Program-made: the position numbers and the translations under genes | Part shown: positions 1 to 13,900 of the stretch, one piece after another | Layout of the letters: the number at the start of each line of letters is the position of its first letter | Position numbering within the stretch: the first letter of the stretch is position 1 | Source of the DNA: a virus | Strand: one strand, 5' to 3' | Virus record (IMG/VR): IMGVR_UViG_3300032235_000715 | Coordinates: 4,234 to 68,233 of that record | Length of the DNA stretch: 64,000 nt | The notes under the pieces: generated by a model | What the model was told of the DNA's origin: nothing | Database searches by the model: none | The model's input: the letters and a program-made list of their open reading frames with translations, nothing else

Positions 1-27
1 CAATTCGTTCTGCAACCTACTAGGTAA
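1..27 (+). CDS. gp25: 3' end of baseplate wedge protein gp25 (partial)
   Basis: Frame 1 reads QFVLQPTR-stop, abutting the gp6 ATG; this resembles the usual C-terminus and position of cyanophage gp25. Confidence 0.6.
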   Translation, partial: QFVLQPTR

Positions 28-1947
28 ATGCCGTTAGTAAATTTTTCAAATCTGGATTTCGACCAGATTAAAACAAGTCTTAGAGATTATCTAAGATCAA
101 ACTCAAATTTCACTGATTATGATTTTGAGGGATCTAATCTCTCAACTATTCTTGATGTATTGGCATATAATACCTACATCACTTCATATAATGCAAATAT
201 GGTTGCAAATGAAGTGTTTATCGATAGTGCAACATTAAGAGAGAACGTAGTTGCACTTGCAAGAAACATTGGTTACGTTCCAAGATCAAGAAAAGCATCT
301 ACGTCAACAATAAGTTTTTTTGTTGATACAACTAGTATTATACCAGCACCTGCATCACTAACCTTAAAAAAAGGTCCCGTAGCAACAACAACAGGATCTT
401 TCGGAAATCAATCATTTATATTTTCAATATTGGATGATATTACTGTACCAGTAGTTGATAATGTTGCATCTTTCAATGATATTAAAATTTATGAGGGAGT
501 ACTACTGAGTACTAATTTTACATACAATTCAAATAATCCAAATCAAAGATTTATTTTACCAAACTCGGGTATAGATACTGACTTAATTTCTGTAATGGTA
601 AAGGAAACCTCTGAATTTGTCAAATATAGACTCCAAGACAGTGTTTTTGATGTAAATAAAGATTCTAGAGTTTTCTATATTCAAGAAATTGAAGATGAGA
701 GATATGAATTAATTTTTGGAGATGGAGTTCTCTTCGGTAAAAAATTAGAAAATAACAATAATATAGAAATAAAGTATATTACATCCAATGGAGACAGTGG
801 AAACGGAATAAGTCAGTTTAGTTTCTCTGGTAGAATTTCATATACAAGAAATTCTACAGAATATATTGTTACTTCTGGTATATCACTCCTAACAACTGGT
901 ATCACTTCTCAGGGAGGAGAAAATATCGAGTCTGTTGAGTCTATTAAGAAATATGCCCCAAGAATTTATGCTTCTCAAAACAGAGCATTATCGGCAAATG
1001 ATTATGAGTCACTAGTTCCAAATAAAATATACCCAGAAACGGAGTCCATATCAGTTTTTGGTGGAGAAGAATTAGTTCCTCCACAGTATGGAAAAGTTTT
1101 TATAAGTATCAAACCAAGAAATGGAGACTTTTTGCCAAGTTTGATCAAAGAAAATATAAAAAGAGATCTTAAAAAATATGCCGTTGCTGGAATTGTGCCA
1201 GAGATTTTAGATCTCAAGTATTTGTATGTTGAAGCAAATTCAAAAGTTTATTATAATACAAATCTCGTACCAAGTTCTGCATATGTTTCTACAGTAATTC
1301 AAACAAATGCAAACAAATATGCAGAATCTACTGAATTAAATAAATATGGTGCGAGATTTAAGTATAGTAAGTTTTTAAAAATTATTGATGATAGTCATGA
1401 ATCAGTGACTTCAAATATAACAACCATCCAAATTAGAAGGGACTTAAGAGTTACATTAAATGCCTTTGCCGAATATCAGATTGGATTTGGCAATGAAATT
1501 CATATTAAAAGTATGGATGGATATAATATAAAATCCAGTGGTTTTAGAATTTCGGACTTTCAGGAAACCATATATCTTTCTGATATACCAGACACTAATA
1601 GAACAACTGGTTCTATTTTCTTTTTTACAGTTCCAAGCATAAATTCTACGACTTCAACTATTGTTAAAAGGAATGTTGGTAGAATTGATTATAAGAAAGG
1701 TATTATTACGCTCAATCCAATTCAGATTTTATCCGGAAAAGTAAAAGATGGGCAGTCTATAATTGAAATTTCAGCAGTGCCACAGTCCAATGATGTGATT
1801 GGATTACAGGATCTTTATCTTCAACTAGATATTAATAAGAGTGTGTTTGAAATGATCCCTGATGAAATTTCTTCAGGACTTGATCCTTCGGCATCTAACT
1901 ATATTGTAACATCAAGCTACAGCAACGGGAACCTAGTAAGATCATAA
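28..1947 (+). CDS. gp6: Baseplate wedge subunit gp6
   Basis: N-terminal LDFDQIKTSLRDYL...FTDYDFEGSNLSTILDVLAYNT...EVFIDSATLRENVV and later QNRALSANDY / PPQYGKVFISIKP motifs of T4 gp6. Confidence 0.95.
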   Translation: MPLVNFSNLDFDQIKTSLRDYLRSNSNFTDYDFEGSNLSTILDVLAYNTYITSYNANMVANEVFIDSATLRENVVALARNIGYVPRSRKASTSTISFFVDTTSIIPAPASLTLKKGPVATTTGSFGNQSFIFSILDDITVPVVDNVASFNDIKIYEGVLLSTNFTYNSNNPNQRFILPNSGIDTDLISVMVKETSEFVKYRLQDSVFDVNKDSRVFYIQEIEDERYELIFGDGVLFGKKLENNNNIEIKYITSNGDSGNGISQFSFSGRISYTRNSTEYIVTSGISLLTTGITSQGGENIESVESIKKYAPRIYASQNRALSANDYESLVPNKIYPETESISVFGGEELVPPQYGKVFISIKPRNGDFLPSLIKENIKRDLKKYAVAGIVPEILDLKYLYVEANSKVYYNTNLVPSSAYVSTVIQTNANKYAESTELNKYGARFKYSKFLKIIDDSHESVTSNITTIQIRRDLRVTLNAFAEYQIGFGNEIHIKSMDGYNIKSSGFRISDFQETIYLSDIPDTNRTTGSIFFFTVPSINSTTSTIVKRNVGRIDYKKGIITLNPIQILSGKVKDGQSIIEISAVPQSNDVIGLQDLYLQLDINKSVFEMIPDEISSGLDPSASNYIVTSSYSNGNLVRS

Positions 1948-1951
1948 TAAA

Positions 1952-4900
1952 ATGACAGAAAAAAGAATTCAGTTTAATAACATCATCCAGAATCAACTTC
2001 CAGCATATGTTAGGGAGGAGTTTCCGCTAGTTGCTGAGTTTTTAAAACAATACTATATTTCTCAAGAATTCCAGGGTGCTTCGACGGATCTTATTCAGAA
2101 TATTGATCAATATTTAAAGTTAGATAATATCAAGGCAAATATAGAAGTAACAACACTCACTGCAAATATTACATTTGCTGATGAAACGATACCTGTATTG
2201 AGTACCGTAGGGTTTCCGGATTCTTATGGATTGTTGCAGATTGATGACGAGATTATCACATATACGGGAAGAACTGCAACTTCTTTTACGGGATGTATAA
2301 GAGGATTTAGTGGAATTACCTCTCTCAGTGATCAAAATAAACCAGATGAACTAGTATTTGAGTCATCAGAGTCTGCAGATCACTCCAATAAAAATAGTGA
2401 TCAGACTGACAAGAAAGTTATTAATCTAAGTTATCTCTTCTTAGAAGAATTTTTTAATAAAATTAAATACCAATTAACTCCCGGATTTGAAAAAAGAGAG
2501 TTTTATAGTGGATTAGACAAATACTTGTTCCTCAAGCAATCAAAGGATTTTTATTCAACTAGAGGAACAGATCTTTCATTTAAAATTTTATTCAATGTTT
2601 TGTATGGTGAAGATGTTAAGATTATCAGACCTCAAGATTATTTGATTAAACCATCAGATGCTCATTATGAAATTACCAATGATTTGGTTGTAGAAAGTAT
2701 TTCCGGAAGCCCATATGATCTGGAGAGATCTACATTATATCAAGATGCTTATGGGGACATCACTAAGGGATATGTGCCAATATCCAGAGTAGAAAAAATT
2801 TTTACAGATTCAAGTAAGGAATACTATAAACTAAGTTTTGATGCTGGATATAACAGAGACATTAATGTTAATGGGTCTCTTTATGGAAATTTTTCGATTC
2901 ACCCAAAAACAAAACTAATTGGCGATGTAATTTCGGGAACAAATACTCTGGATGTAGATTCTACAGTAGGATTTCCTTCAGCAGGAGAATTATCAGTACT
3001 CTATAATGATGGAACTGAAAGTATAATTTCATATACTTCAAAAAGTTTAAATCAGTTTTTTGGATGCAAAAATATTACAAAAACGATTTTAGATAAAACT
3101 GATATTTGGTTAAATGTTTTTGCTTATGGAACATCAAATAAAAACTCAAACGAAATAATTAAAGTAAGAATTACCTCCGTTCTCAATAAAATTAATATCG
3201 TTGACGATTCTTATTATTACAACGCCGAAGACACGGCTATCATAAGAACATTAGGCGTAAATCCATCAGACGAATCAGTTTCAAATAATTGGTTTTTCAA
3301 TATTTCTCCAAGTATTGATGTATTGTCAATATCAGATAGAGGAAATCAAACTTATCAGTTAATTACAAAGATTGATCATAACCTTAGAATAGGAGATGAA
3401 ATAAACCTTACGATAAGTGATGGAACTAAAAGGTCTTCCACTGTTTCAAATATAATTTCCAGTGACATTGTAGAAATTAATGGTCAAGGTGCTTTAGATA
3501 TAAGTAGATTTTATTCAATCCAAAGGAATTTGCTTAAAGTAAATTCTCAAAAGTATTCTTATCTATCAAATCAAATAACAAACGTTCAAAATGTTTATAA
3601 GATTGATAATAAGACTTTGGTATCCTCTCCCTCATTGCCTTCTTACAATAAACAACCATTAGAAACCTATAATCGCACTGTAGAATTTAAGGGAGTTTTT
3701 CAAAATACTGAAATTTCCGGTTATCCTGGATTTACTGATTTAATTAATTTAAATGTAGATCATGGATTTTATACTGGGGATAGTGTATATTACACTCCAT
3801 CATCTGGAGATGATTCTCTATTTGAGGAGGGAATTTATTTTATCCAAAGGGTAAATCCAACTACTGTTAGATTTAGTAAGAGTAGAGCAAATCTCTATAA
3901 ATCAATTTTTGTTAGATTTAACAGTTTTATTGAATTAAAAAATAATAGTAAACTAGAAGATTCTGATTTTAATTTAAAGAAATTAGACTCACAAAAATTA
4001 TTAAGAGAAATTATCCATCCAATCAATGAAGGAATCCAATATCAAACGACTCCAGGTCCTGTTGGTATTTTAATAAACGGTGTTGAAATACTAAATTATA
4101 AATCAAAAGACACTATTTATTATGGTTCAGTGGAAAAAATTGATGTTATAAATCCAGGATCTGATTATGATGTTATTAACCCACCAACATTAGTAATTTC
4201 AGACTCTGTTGGAACCGGTGCAACAGGTTATTGCTCAGTTAAAGGGTCTCTCAGGGAAATTAGAATTATTGATTCGGGATTTGATTATCTCGAAACACCA
4301 AAAATTAATATTTCTGGGGGAAATGGAATCGGAGCAAAGGCAAGTGCATCGATGAAATTGATTGACCATCAATTATCCTTTAATTCAGAATCTAAATCTG
4401 CATTTGTTAGTATAACAAATAATACTATAGGGTTTTCAACATTCCATAAGTTTAGAAATGCAGAAAAGGTAGTGTATAGAACTAATGCACAGACAGCAGT
4501 TGGAGGAATCGTAACTAACTCTTCATATTATGTTTCAATTGAAGATTTATATACAATTAAATTGCATAAAACTTTTGATGATGCCCTAGTTGGAGTGAAT
4601 ACTGTAGTATTAACATCTTATGGTACAGGAAATCATATTTTAGAGTCATACAATAAAAAATCAGTAATATCTTCAATTAATATTGAAAGTAATGGGTCTA
4701 ATTATGAAAATAAAAAAAGAACAGTTAATTCTTCTGGAATCAGCACTTCTCTGGGATACGTCAACATAAAATCTCACGATTTCAAATCTGGTGAAATTGT
4801 AACATATTCCACCGATGGAACTGTAATTGGTGGGTTATCAAACAATACAAATTATTATGTAACTAAAGTTGATGAGGAAAACTTTAAACTTTCTTTAGTT

Positions 4901-7900
4901 GGAGTAGGAACTGATAATCAAGACTTTTATTATAAAACAAATCAGCAAATCCAGTTTAATTCGACTGGATCTGGAACGCACACGTTTAATTATCCACAAA
5001 TAGTAGTTGAAGTTGTTGGAAATATTGGTGTATCGACTTCTTTTAAAGCAGTAGTTCAACCAATTTTTAGGGGAGAAATTACATCAATACATTTGAACGA
5101 CAATGGTGTTGGATACGGATCTTCGGAAATTATTAATTTTAATAGAATTCCTAATGCAACTTTGAATAGTGGAGCAGATGCTCAACTTGTTCCGATAATT
5201 AATGATGGAAAAATTGTTGAAGTTTTAATTAACAATCCCGGAAGAAATTATAATTCGCCCCCAAATTTAAATATTTTAACAAATAATGAAGGAGTAGGTG
5301 CTATTCTAACTCCAATCATTGAAAATGGTCAAATAAAATCAATTAAGATTGTTGAAAGTGGTGGTGGATATAACCCAAATAGTACTTTTATTACAGTATC
5401 TGCTGCAGGAACTAAAGCAGAACTCAATCCCGTATTAAAATCTTGGACAGTAAATCTTTTTGCAAAATATTTTAATAAATTTGCAGATGATGATGGATTT
5501 ATTTTTTATAATTCAAATTCCAAATATGGGTTACAATACGCCCATTTATATACACCAAGAAAATTAAGAGAGAATGTATATGCCAAAGAAATTGGAGGAA
5601 AAACTCTTTATGGAAAATATGATCTCATAAAGTCTAATAATAATGAAGTCTCTTCTACAAACCATTCTCCAATAATCGGATGGTCTTACGATGGAAATCC
5701 AATATATGGACCATATGGACTTTTAAATAATGGATCTATTTCCAGAATGAAGTCTGGATATATTTTGAATTTGGCAACAGACAGACCTCCATTCCCTTCT
5801 GGGTTCTTTGTTGAAGACTATGAATATCAAAATGTCGATGATGAATCTGTCCTAGATGAATATAATGGAAGATTCTGCGTAACTCCAGATTTTCCTAATG
5901 GTACTTATGCATACTTTACAACAATCGACGGAACATCTTCAAGTTCTTTTGGTGGATATAGATTGCCAGTTTTTCCTTATATTATAGGAAACAAATTCAA
6001 GTCCACACCAAATCAATTCAATTTTGATAGAAAATCAAATCAAGATGATATTGATTTAAATAAAACAGATTGGTCTAGAAATACAACTCCATATAATCTA
6101 CTTAAAAAATACACTTCTTACTCTTACTTACAACTGCCAAATGATCTAGATCAAACAATCGATGTTAAATATGCTTCCCCCGGAGTTATTGAAAATATCG
6201 GTATTGTAACGGGAGGAATAAATTATAAAGTAAATGATAAAATTATTTTTGATGAAGAGGAAACTAGTGGTTTTGGATTTGCAGCAAAAGTTTCTAGAAT
6301 TGGTGGGAAAACTGTCAATTCAGTTAGTGTTGCAAGCACCACAGTTTATAATTTAGAAATTTATCCTTTGGAGGGGAGTAAAAATTCTTTTATTGCACAA
6401 TCAGATTTGCCACATAATTTTATTAATGTAGATATTGTTTCAATTTCTGGATTAAATACAACTTCTTCATTAATAGGCGGGTCATATACCATAGGTGTAT
6501 CTACAAATACTCTATCTGTTTCAAGTCCTTCTGGAATTGGATCTGTTGGAGTAACTGGAATTGTTACTTTTATTTCTGTTTCTGGAAATCTTTCACATCT
6601 TTCAGTTAGAGAAAATGATGTATATAAGATTGGAAATGAAAAGATTAAAGTATTGAACGTAGATAAAAATTCTTCTAGGATTAGAGTATTAAGATCTATT
6701 GATGGGACAGTTGGATCTGCGCATAGTTATACTAATGTTTTATATGAAACTTCAAGAAGATTTTCTATAAATGTTGGAAATACTACATCTTATGGATACT
6801 CAGTAAACAAAGAATTTTATTTTAATCCAAAAGAGTCTCTTGGTGTTGGAACTGTTTTTGGTGTTGGAATTGGAACGACACTTTCTTTTTCAAGTCCAGG
6901 TATTGGAGCGTCGCAAATCTTCATTCCAACAAAGACAATTTATATTCCAAATCATAATTTACAAACAGGAGATGTTTTAACATACTCCACAAATATAGGA
7001 ACTTCAATTTCAGTATCAAAGGATGGGATAACCTCATCACCTCTTGCAGATCAATCCGTTGTTTACGTTGCTAAAATTTCCAATGACTTAATTGGAATAT
7101 CAACTGTTAAGGTTGGTCTCGGAACAACTGGAACTTTTGTAGGAATTGCATCAACAACTTCATCTTTTAGTACATTATATTTTACTGGAATTGGAACAGG
7201 AACTTATCATAGTTTTAAGACAAACTATCCAAAATTAACTGCACAAGCATCCAAAAACATTGTAACTGTTTCAACTGCACAAACACACGGGATTACAAAC
7301 AATGATTATGTTTTTGTAAATGTAAATCCGGGAATTACTACATCAATTATAGTTAAGTATGATGATTATAATCGAAAAGTTTTAATCAATCCCAGGTCTT
7401 TTGTTTCTGGCGATATTAACATCTCTTCAAATTCTATAACAGTCTTAAATCATAATTTTGAAAATGGGCAGAAAGTTGTTTATACTTCATCATCTCCCTC
7501 AGGTGGATTAGTTAATAATAAAATTTATTATGTTGTTGTTTTCGATAAAAATACAATTAAGTTATCCCCATCATATTATAGTGCGACTAATTTAATTCCA
7601 GAGATAATTAATATAACTTCAGCATCAAGTGGTACATTATCTCCTGTAAATCCACCCATTAAACTTTATAAAGAATCCACTGCAATATTTGATCTTTCAG
7701 ACTCTTCTTTATCATATCTCAATGGATCTGTTAGATATTCTGCATTTGAATTGAATTTTTACATAGATTCAAATTATACCCAAATATTCGATAAGTCATT
7801 CTCTAGCAAAACTTTTGAAGTTATAAAGACTGGTATAGTTGGAGTAGATGCAAATGCGAAGGTTTCGTTAACAGTCAATGACAATATTCCACAAAAGTTA

Positions 7901-10900
7901 TACTATAAGTTAGATCCAGTATACAATAGTACTCTTCCACTGACAAAGAAAGAAGTAAATGTAGATACTTCTGTTATTGCAAATAATGAGATGCAGGTTG
8001 TTTACAGTGGATATAATGGAGAGCATAGAGTAACTTCTACTTCTTCCACTTCATTTACATACAATCTCGATAAAACACCCGAATCTCTTTCTTACAGTTC
8101 TTCTTCAAAGTTAAATTATGAAACAACATCTTTAAGTGCTTTGGGATCTGTTTCTAAAATTAATATAACCTCTAATGGACAACAGTATACAACACTTCCA
8201 AAGTTTTCGGAAATAAATTCTACATATGGAACTGGTGCTATTTTAGAAGCATCTAGTAAATCAATAGGAAACATCAAGAAAACAAAATTAAATAATATTG
8301 GATTTGATTTTTCGTGCGATTTTACTGTAAGACCAAATTTAATTTTCCCACAAATTTTAAAAATTGAACCTCTTAATTCGATTGATTATATTGGCATCAA
8401 TTCAAGAGGAAGAGGGTACCTCACAGCACCAAAACTTGTTGTATTAGATGGAAAATCCAGAGAAGTTCTTCCCGAATTAGATCTCAAATATTCCTTAACC
8501 GACAATTATGTTACAATTTTAAATAATACGTATAGACTTAATGATATAACTCCAATTATTGTCCCAACACAAAATTCAAATGGAGTTGGGATTAAATCAG
8601 TTTCATATAATTCTACTTCTAAAGATGTAACTATTGAATTATCAGTTGGATTTAGTACGTCAAGTTCTTTCCCATTTGCTATTAACGATAATGTATTAAT
8701 AGAAAATATCAGTGTAGGAATTGCATCGGCGGCAAAGGGGTTTAATTCGGAAAACTACAATTATCAATTATTTACAGTTACCTCAATTGATCCAAATATA
8801 GGTGGATATGGGTCTATAACTTATAACTTGGGCAATTTTCTGGAGTCAGGAGAAACTCCAGGAACTTATGACAACGTTAATTCCTCTGGAAGAATTATAC
8901 CAGAAAAATATTTTCCAAAATTTAATGTTGTATTAAAACCAAATGATTTCTTTGAAAATGAAAGAGTTAGATATCCCAATGAATCAATTTCATTGGGATA
9001 TGTCGAAAATTGGAATAAAGAAACTAAGTATCTTAAAGTTTCTTCAAGAGAAATTTTAAAAGAAGGGAATGTTATTGAAGGCGTCTCATCAAAGACTCAA
9101 GGAATAATTTTTTCTACAATTAAATCTACTGGTTTTATTGATGTTGGATCGTATTCAAAATCGGAAAATGGATGGATAACTGAAACTGGAGTCTTAAATA
9201 ATGAATTACAAAAAATTCAAGACAATTTCTATTACCAACTATTCTCATATTCACTTAAATCAAAAGTTCCTTATGATACGTGGGAAAATGCTGTTGGATC
9301 TTTAAATCACACTGCTGGATTTAAAAAGTTCAGTGATTATCAATTAGAATCTTTTGGTTATTCTGGAATTAGCACAGACGCTGCTTCTGTTTTAGATACA
9401 AACGCAGATATTATTGGATTTGCAAGTTTAAACTGCGTGTATGACTTTGATCTTGCAAGAGAAAATGCATTAGTTTTAGGATCAAAAACTTACTCGGATG
9501 AAATAACTTTTTCGAGTAGAATACTAACAGATTATTTTGAATCTGTAGGAAATAGAGTATTATCGATTGATAATATCAGCGATCAATTTAATAGTAATCC
9601 AAGATCAACAAGATTTTCTATTGTTCATCGTTTCTTCTTATCTGATGCTCGTGCTCAAAAGTACATTACTTATGTAAAAGACCAAAGATACACGTCAGAA
9701 AGACAACTGATGCTCTTTACATTACTTCACGACAATAACATGGGGTATTTAAATCAGTATGGAAGAGTTGAATCAGTTTATGATCTTGGATCTTTTGATT
9801 TTTCTATTAATGGAAATGAAGGTCTGATATTATTCTATCCAATAAAATATAGAGTAAATGATTATCAAGTTACAACATTATCATATAATCTAAAGGATAG
9901 TTTAGTTGGAGTAGGAAGCACTACAATAGGAGATATTGTAAGTGTAAATACAAATACTATTTTTGTTTCCAGCGGACCAACAACAATTATTAGTATTGGA
10001 TCCACTTATACTTCTTCTAAAATACTAGTGGAAGTATCTGCAAATAATGATCAATATCAGTTTAATGAGTTGAATTTAATTCATGATGGAACAAATATTG
10101 AACTTCTTGATTATGGTCAATTAACAAATCATTCAACAGATGCTTATTCAAGTTCTGGACTTGGCACATACTACCCATATTTTTCTGGATCAGACTTAAA
10201 AATTGATTTTATTCCCAATGTAGGAATAGCAGCGTCTATAAGTACAATTCAAGTTGCAATTTCAAATACTTCAATAACTGGAATAGGTACTTTTGATATT
10301 AAGTATGCAAGATTTGAGGCAAGATCCACTTCTATTGCATCCACCACGTCTCCAACTGCAAGTATAGTCGCAGAATATCCAGAGAAGTATGATGGTGGAT
10401 ACTATGTTGTTCAGGTTTCTGATATTACAAACAATAGACATCAACTTTCTGAAGTTATTGTTCTCGATGATGAAAATGAAGTGTATATCACGGAATTTGG
10501 AAACATTGAAACACATTCTGGTCTCGGAACCATAGGAGCAGTAAAAACTATAAATTCAACTAGATTGACATTTACTCCTCTTGCAAATATTGATACTCAA
10601 GTAAAAGTATACTTCAATTCTCTTGCAAACTTTGATGAAATCAATACTTCAACTCAATACAATAATAACACTGCAACTTCCGATTACAATGTTTATTATG
10701 GAACAGAAAGAGATGTTAAACGTTCTTTTGAACTCAAACATCAAGGAAATCCAATTTTCCAACGATATTTTGATGCAAGTGATTCGTCTACAGTGAGTAT
10801 TGGATCTAGTACCATTAGAATTCAAAATCACTTCTTTGTTACTGGAGAAAAAGTTTCATATTCTTCTGGTACACCAACTGCAATATCGTCACCTATAGGC

Positions 10901-13900
10901 ATTGCCTCAACCGATTTTGGTGTTGGCATTGGAACAACTGATAAACTTCCTTCATCAGTTTACATTATTAAAGTCGATGAAAATAATATTAAATTGGCAA
11001 GAAGTGTATCAGATGCATTGCGTGCTGCTCCAAAAATATTAAATATAACTTCTGTTGGAATTGGAACGAGACACGTATTTACTTCATTAAAGCAAAATAC
11101 AAAAACATTAGTTTCTATTGATAATGTTATTCAATCGCCAGTTGTATCAACTTCATTAACATCATATCTTTCAACAAATGTTCTTTCGGTTGATGATTTG
11201 ATCTATATTGATTCTACTGAAGGTCTAATTTCTGGAGATTTAATACGTATTGATAATGAGATAATGAAAATAGAAGCAATAGGTATCGGAAGTACAAATT
11301 CTATACGTGTTGCAAGACCTTGGTTAGGAACAAATCTTACAAGTCACTCTATTGGAACTTCTATTACTAAAGTAACTGGTAATTATAATATTGTCGAAAA
11401 TACAATTAACTTTGTTGAGGCACCATATGGAAATATTCCCATTGGAACTTCAACAAATCCACCCGACGAAAGGGATTGGGTTGGAATTACTTCATCTTCT
11501 TCTTTCCACGGAAGAGTCTTTATGAGGTCTGGTGTTACAGATTCTTCAAATGAATCATATTATAAGAATCATATCTTTGATGATATTTCTTCAAGATTTA
11601 CAGGGTCACAAAAAACTTTTACCTTAACTTCTAATGGGTCAAACATTTCTGATATGTATGAAGATAATGCGGTTGTATTGATCAATGAAATTTTCCAAGA
11701 ACCAGGACTAACAAATAATTATACTTTATCTGAGTCTGTTGGTGTAACATCAATTTCTTTTGTAGGATCTGCAACGTCTCAATCTTCTGATACCAATACA
11801 TCAAATCTCCCATCCGGTGGAATAATAGTTTCTGTCGGATCCACTAAAGGATTTGGATATCAACCTTTAGTTTCTGCTGGTGGAACTGCAATAGTATCGG
11901 TTGCTGGAACTATTTCATCAATCAGTATTGGAAATAGTGGTTCTGGTTATAGATCTTCAATTCAAACTTTAAGTGGAATTGCAACTGTCACAGTAAGAGT
12001 TGGTGTTGCAACATCTTCAACAGGGACTCCAAATATTGAATTTATTGGCACTGCGGCAGTCAGTAGGGGTAATATTGTAAGTATCGCTATAACTAATCCT
12101 GGAATTGGTTATACTACTTCTAACCCACCATATGTGATTATTGATGCTCCACTTTCTTACTCAGATATTCCTTTAATTTATAGTTCATCTTCTTCTGGAA
12201 TAGGAACTAGAGCAACAATAGATGTTATAGTTGGACAAGGATCCAGTGTTATTGAATTTGAAATTAAAAATACGGGATATGGATATGAAATTGGAGATAT
12301 TTTAACTATTCCTGTTGGGGGAGCAACTGGAATTCCAACAACACCAAATTCAACGATAAAAGAATTCCAAATCAGTGTTGATAATGTTGATCGTGATAAA
12401 TTCTCTGGATGGTCGATTGGAGAATTGGAAGCATTTGACAATATTCAAATATTGTTTGACGGAAAGAGAGTTATTTTCCCATTAACTTATAATGGAACTA
12501 CAACTTCTGTTTATGCAAAGAGAGGATCTTTAATAAACATACAAGATGTTCTTTTAGTATTTGTAAATGATATTCTTCAAGTTCCTGGTGAAGGATATAT
12601 CTTCAAAGGTGGAAGTAAAATTCAATTTACTGAACCACCAAAATCTGAAGATACTTGCAAGATTATATTCTACAAGGGGAGTGGAGATGGTGTGGATGTC
12701 ATATTCCGTGATGTTATTGATACAGTAAAAATTGGTGATGATTTACAACTAACTTATGACTCTTTTATTGGGCAATCTCCAAGTCTTTTGGAAGATGAGA
12801 GAAAAGTTGTAGACATTTTATCAATCGAAACTGTTGAAACTAATCCTTACTTTGGCCCAGGCAATACTGGAAACGAAACTCTCTCAAGACCATTAATTTG
12901 GTGTAGACAGACTGAAGATTTGATTATTAATGAAAAAGAGGTGGCAAAAAATAGAGAGTTTTATGAACCATTCATTTATCCATCAACTCATATAATTCAA
13001 TCAGTTGGAGTCGGTACATCGATAATTTATGTCGAAAATCTAAGACCATTCTTTAACCCATTAAATGAAAATAACATTTCCTTAGAATTCCAAAACAATA
13101 TTACTTTAATATCTCAGGATACTAAAGTTTCTGCAAGTGCCACTGCTATTGTATCAGTGGCGGGAACTATTTCTTCTATTAATATTTTAGATGGTGGTTC
13201 TGGATATGATTCTGCCCCTATAGTTACAATTCAAAATCCAATTGGCATAGGATCAACAACTTCTACTGCAATTTCATTTATAACTTCTGGAATTGTCACT
13301 TCAATTTCTATTACTGGAGTTGTTACTGGATATTCTTCAATGAATCCTCCGGTTGTATTAATTGAACCCCCAACAATTGATATTGAGAGTAACAAGGTCG
13401 CTTCATATGAAGGAGACTTTGGAATAATTAGTGGAATCTCTACAGTTTCTGTTGGAGTCGCTTCCACTGGAATTGTATTTGATTTCTTCATACCTCAAAA
13501 TTCACCTCTTCGTGAAGGGATGATTTCCGGAATTACAACAATAAGTGGAATACAAACTAATTACTATTTTGTTGTTTCAAACTCAAACGTTGGAAATGGC
13601 GTAACATCTCTTGATTCTCTACGTAAAATAGTTGGGTCGGGAAAAAGTTTTCTTGATGGAGTTTACCAAGTTTCTTCAGTATCAATTGCACAAACCTCGG
13701 TTGTAGGTTTAGGTATTACTTATGTTGCTAAAGTCATAGTGAGTGTTTCTGGTTACAACGGATTAAGTGGAATTGGATATAGCAATTATTATGGAAACTT
13801 TAGTTGGGGAAGAATTAAACTCAAATCCAGAACAAAATCTGAATCATATAATGCATATACAAATTCTGGTTATTCTGGAATTTCCACGGGAACACTTGTA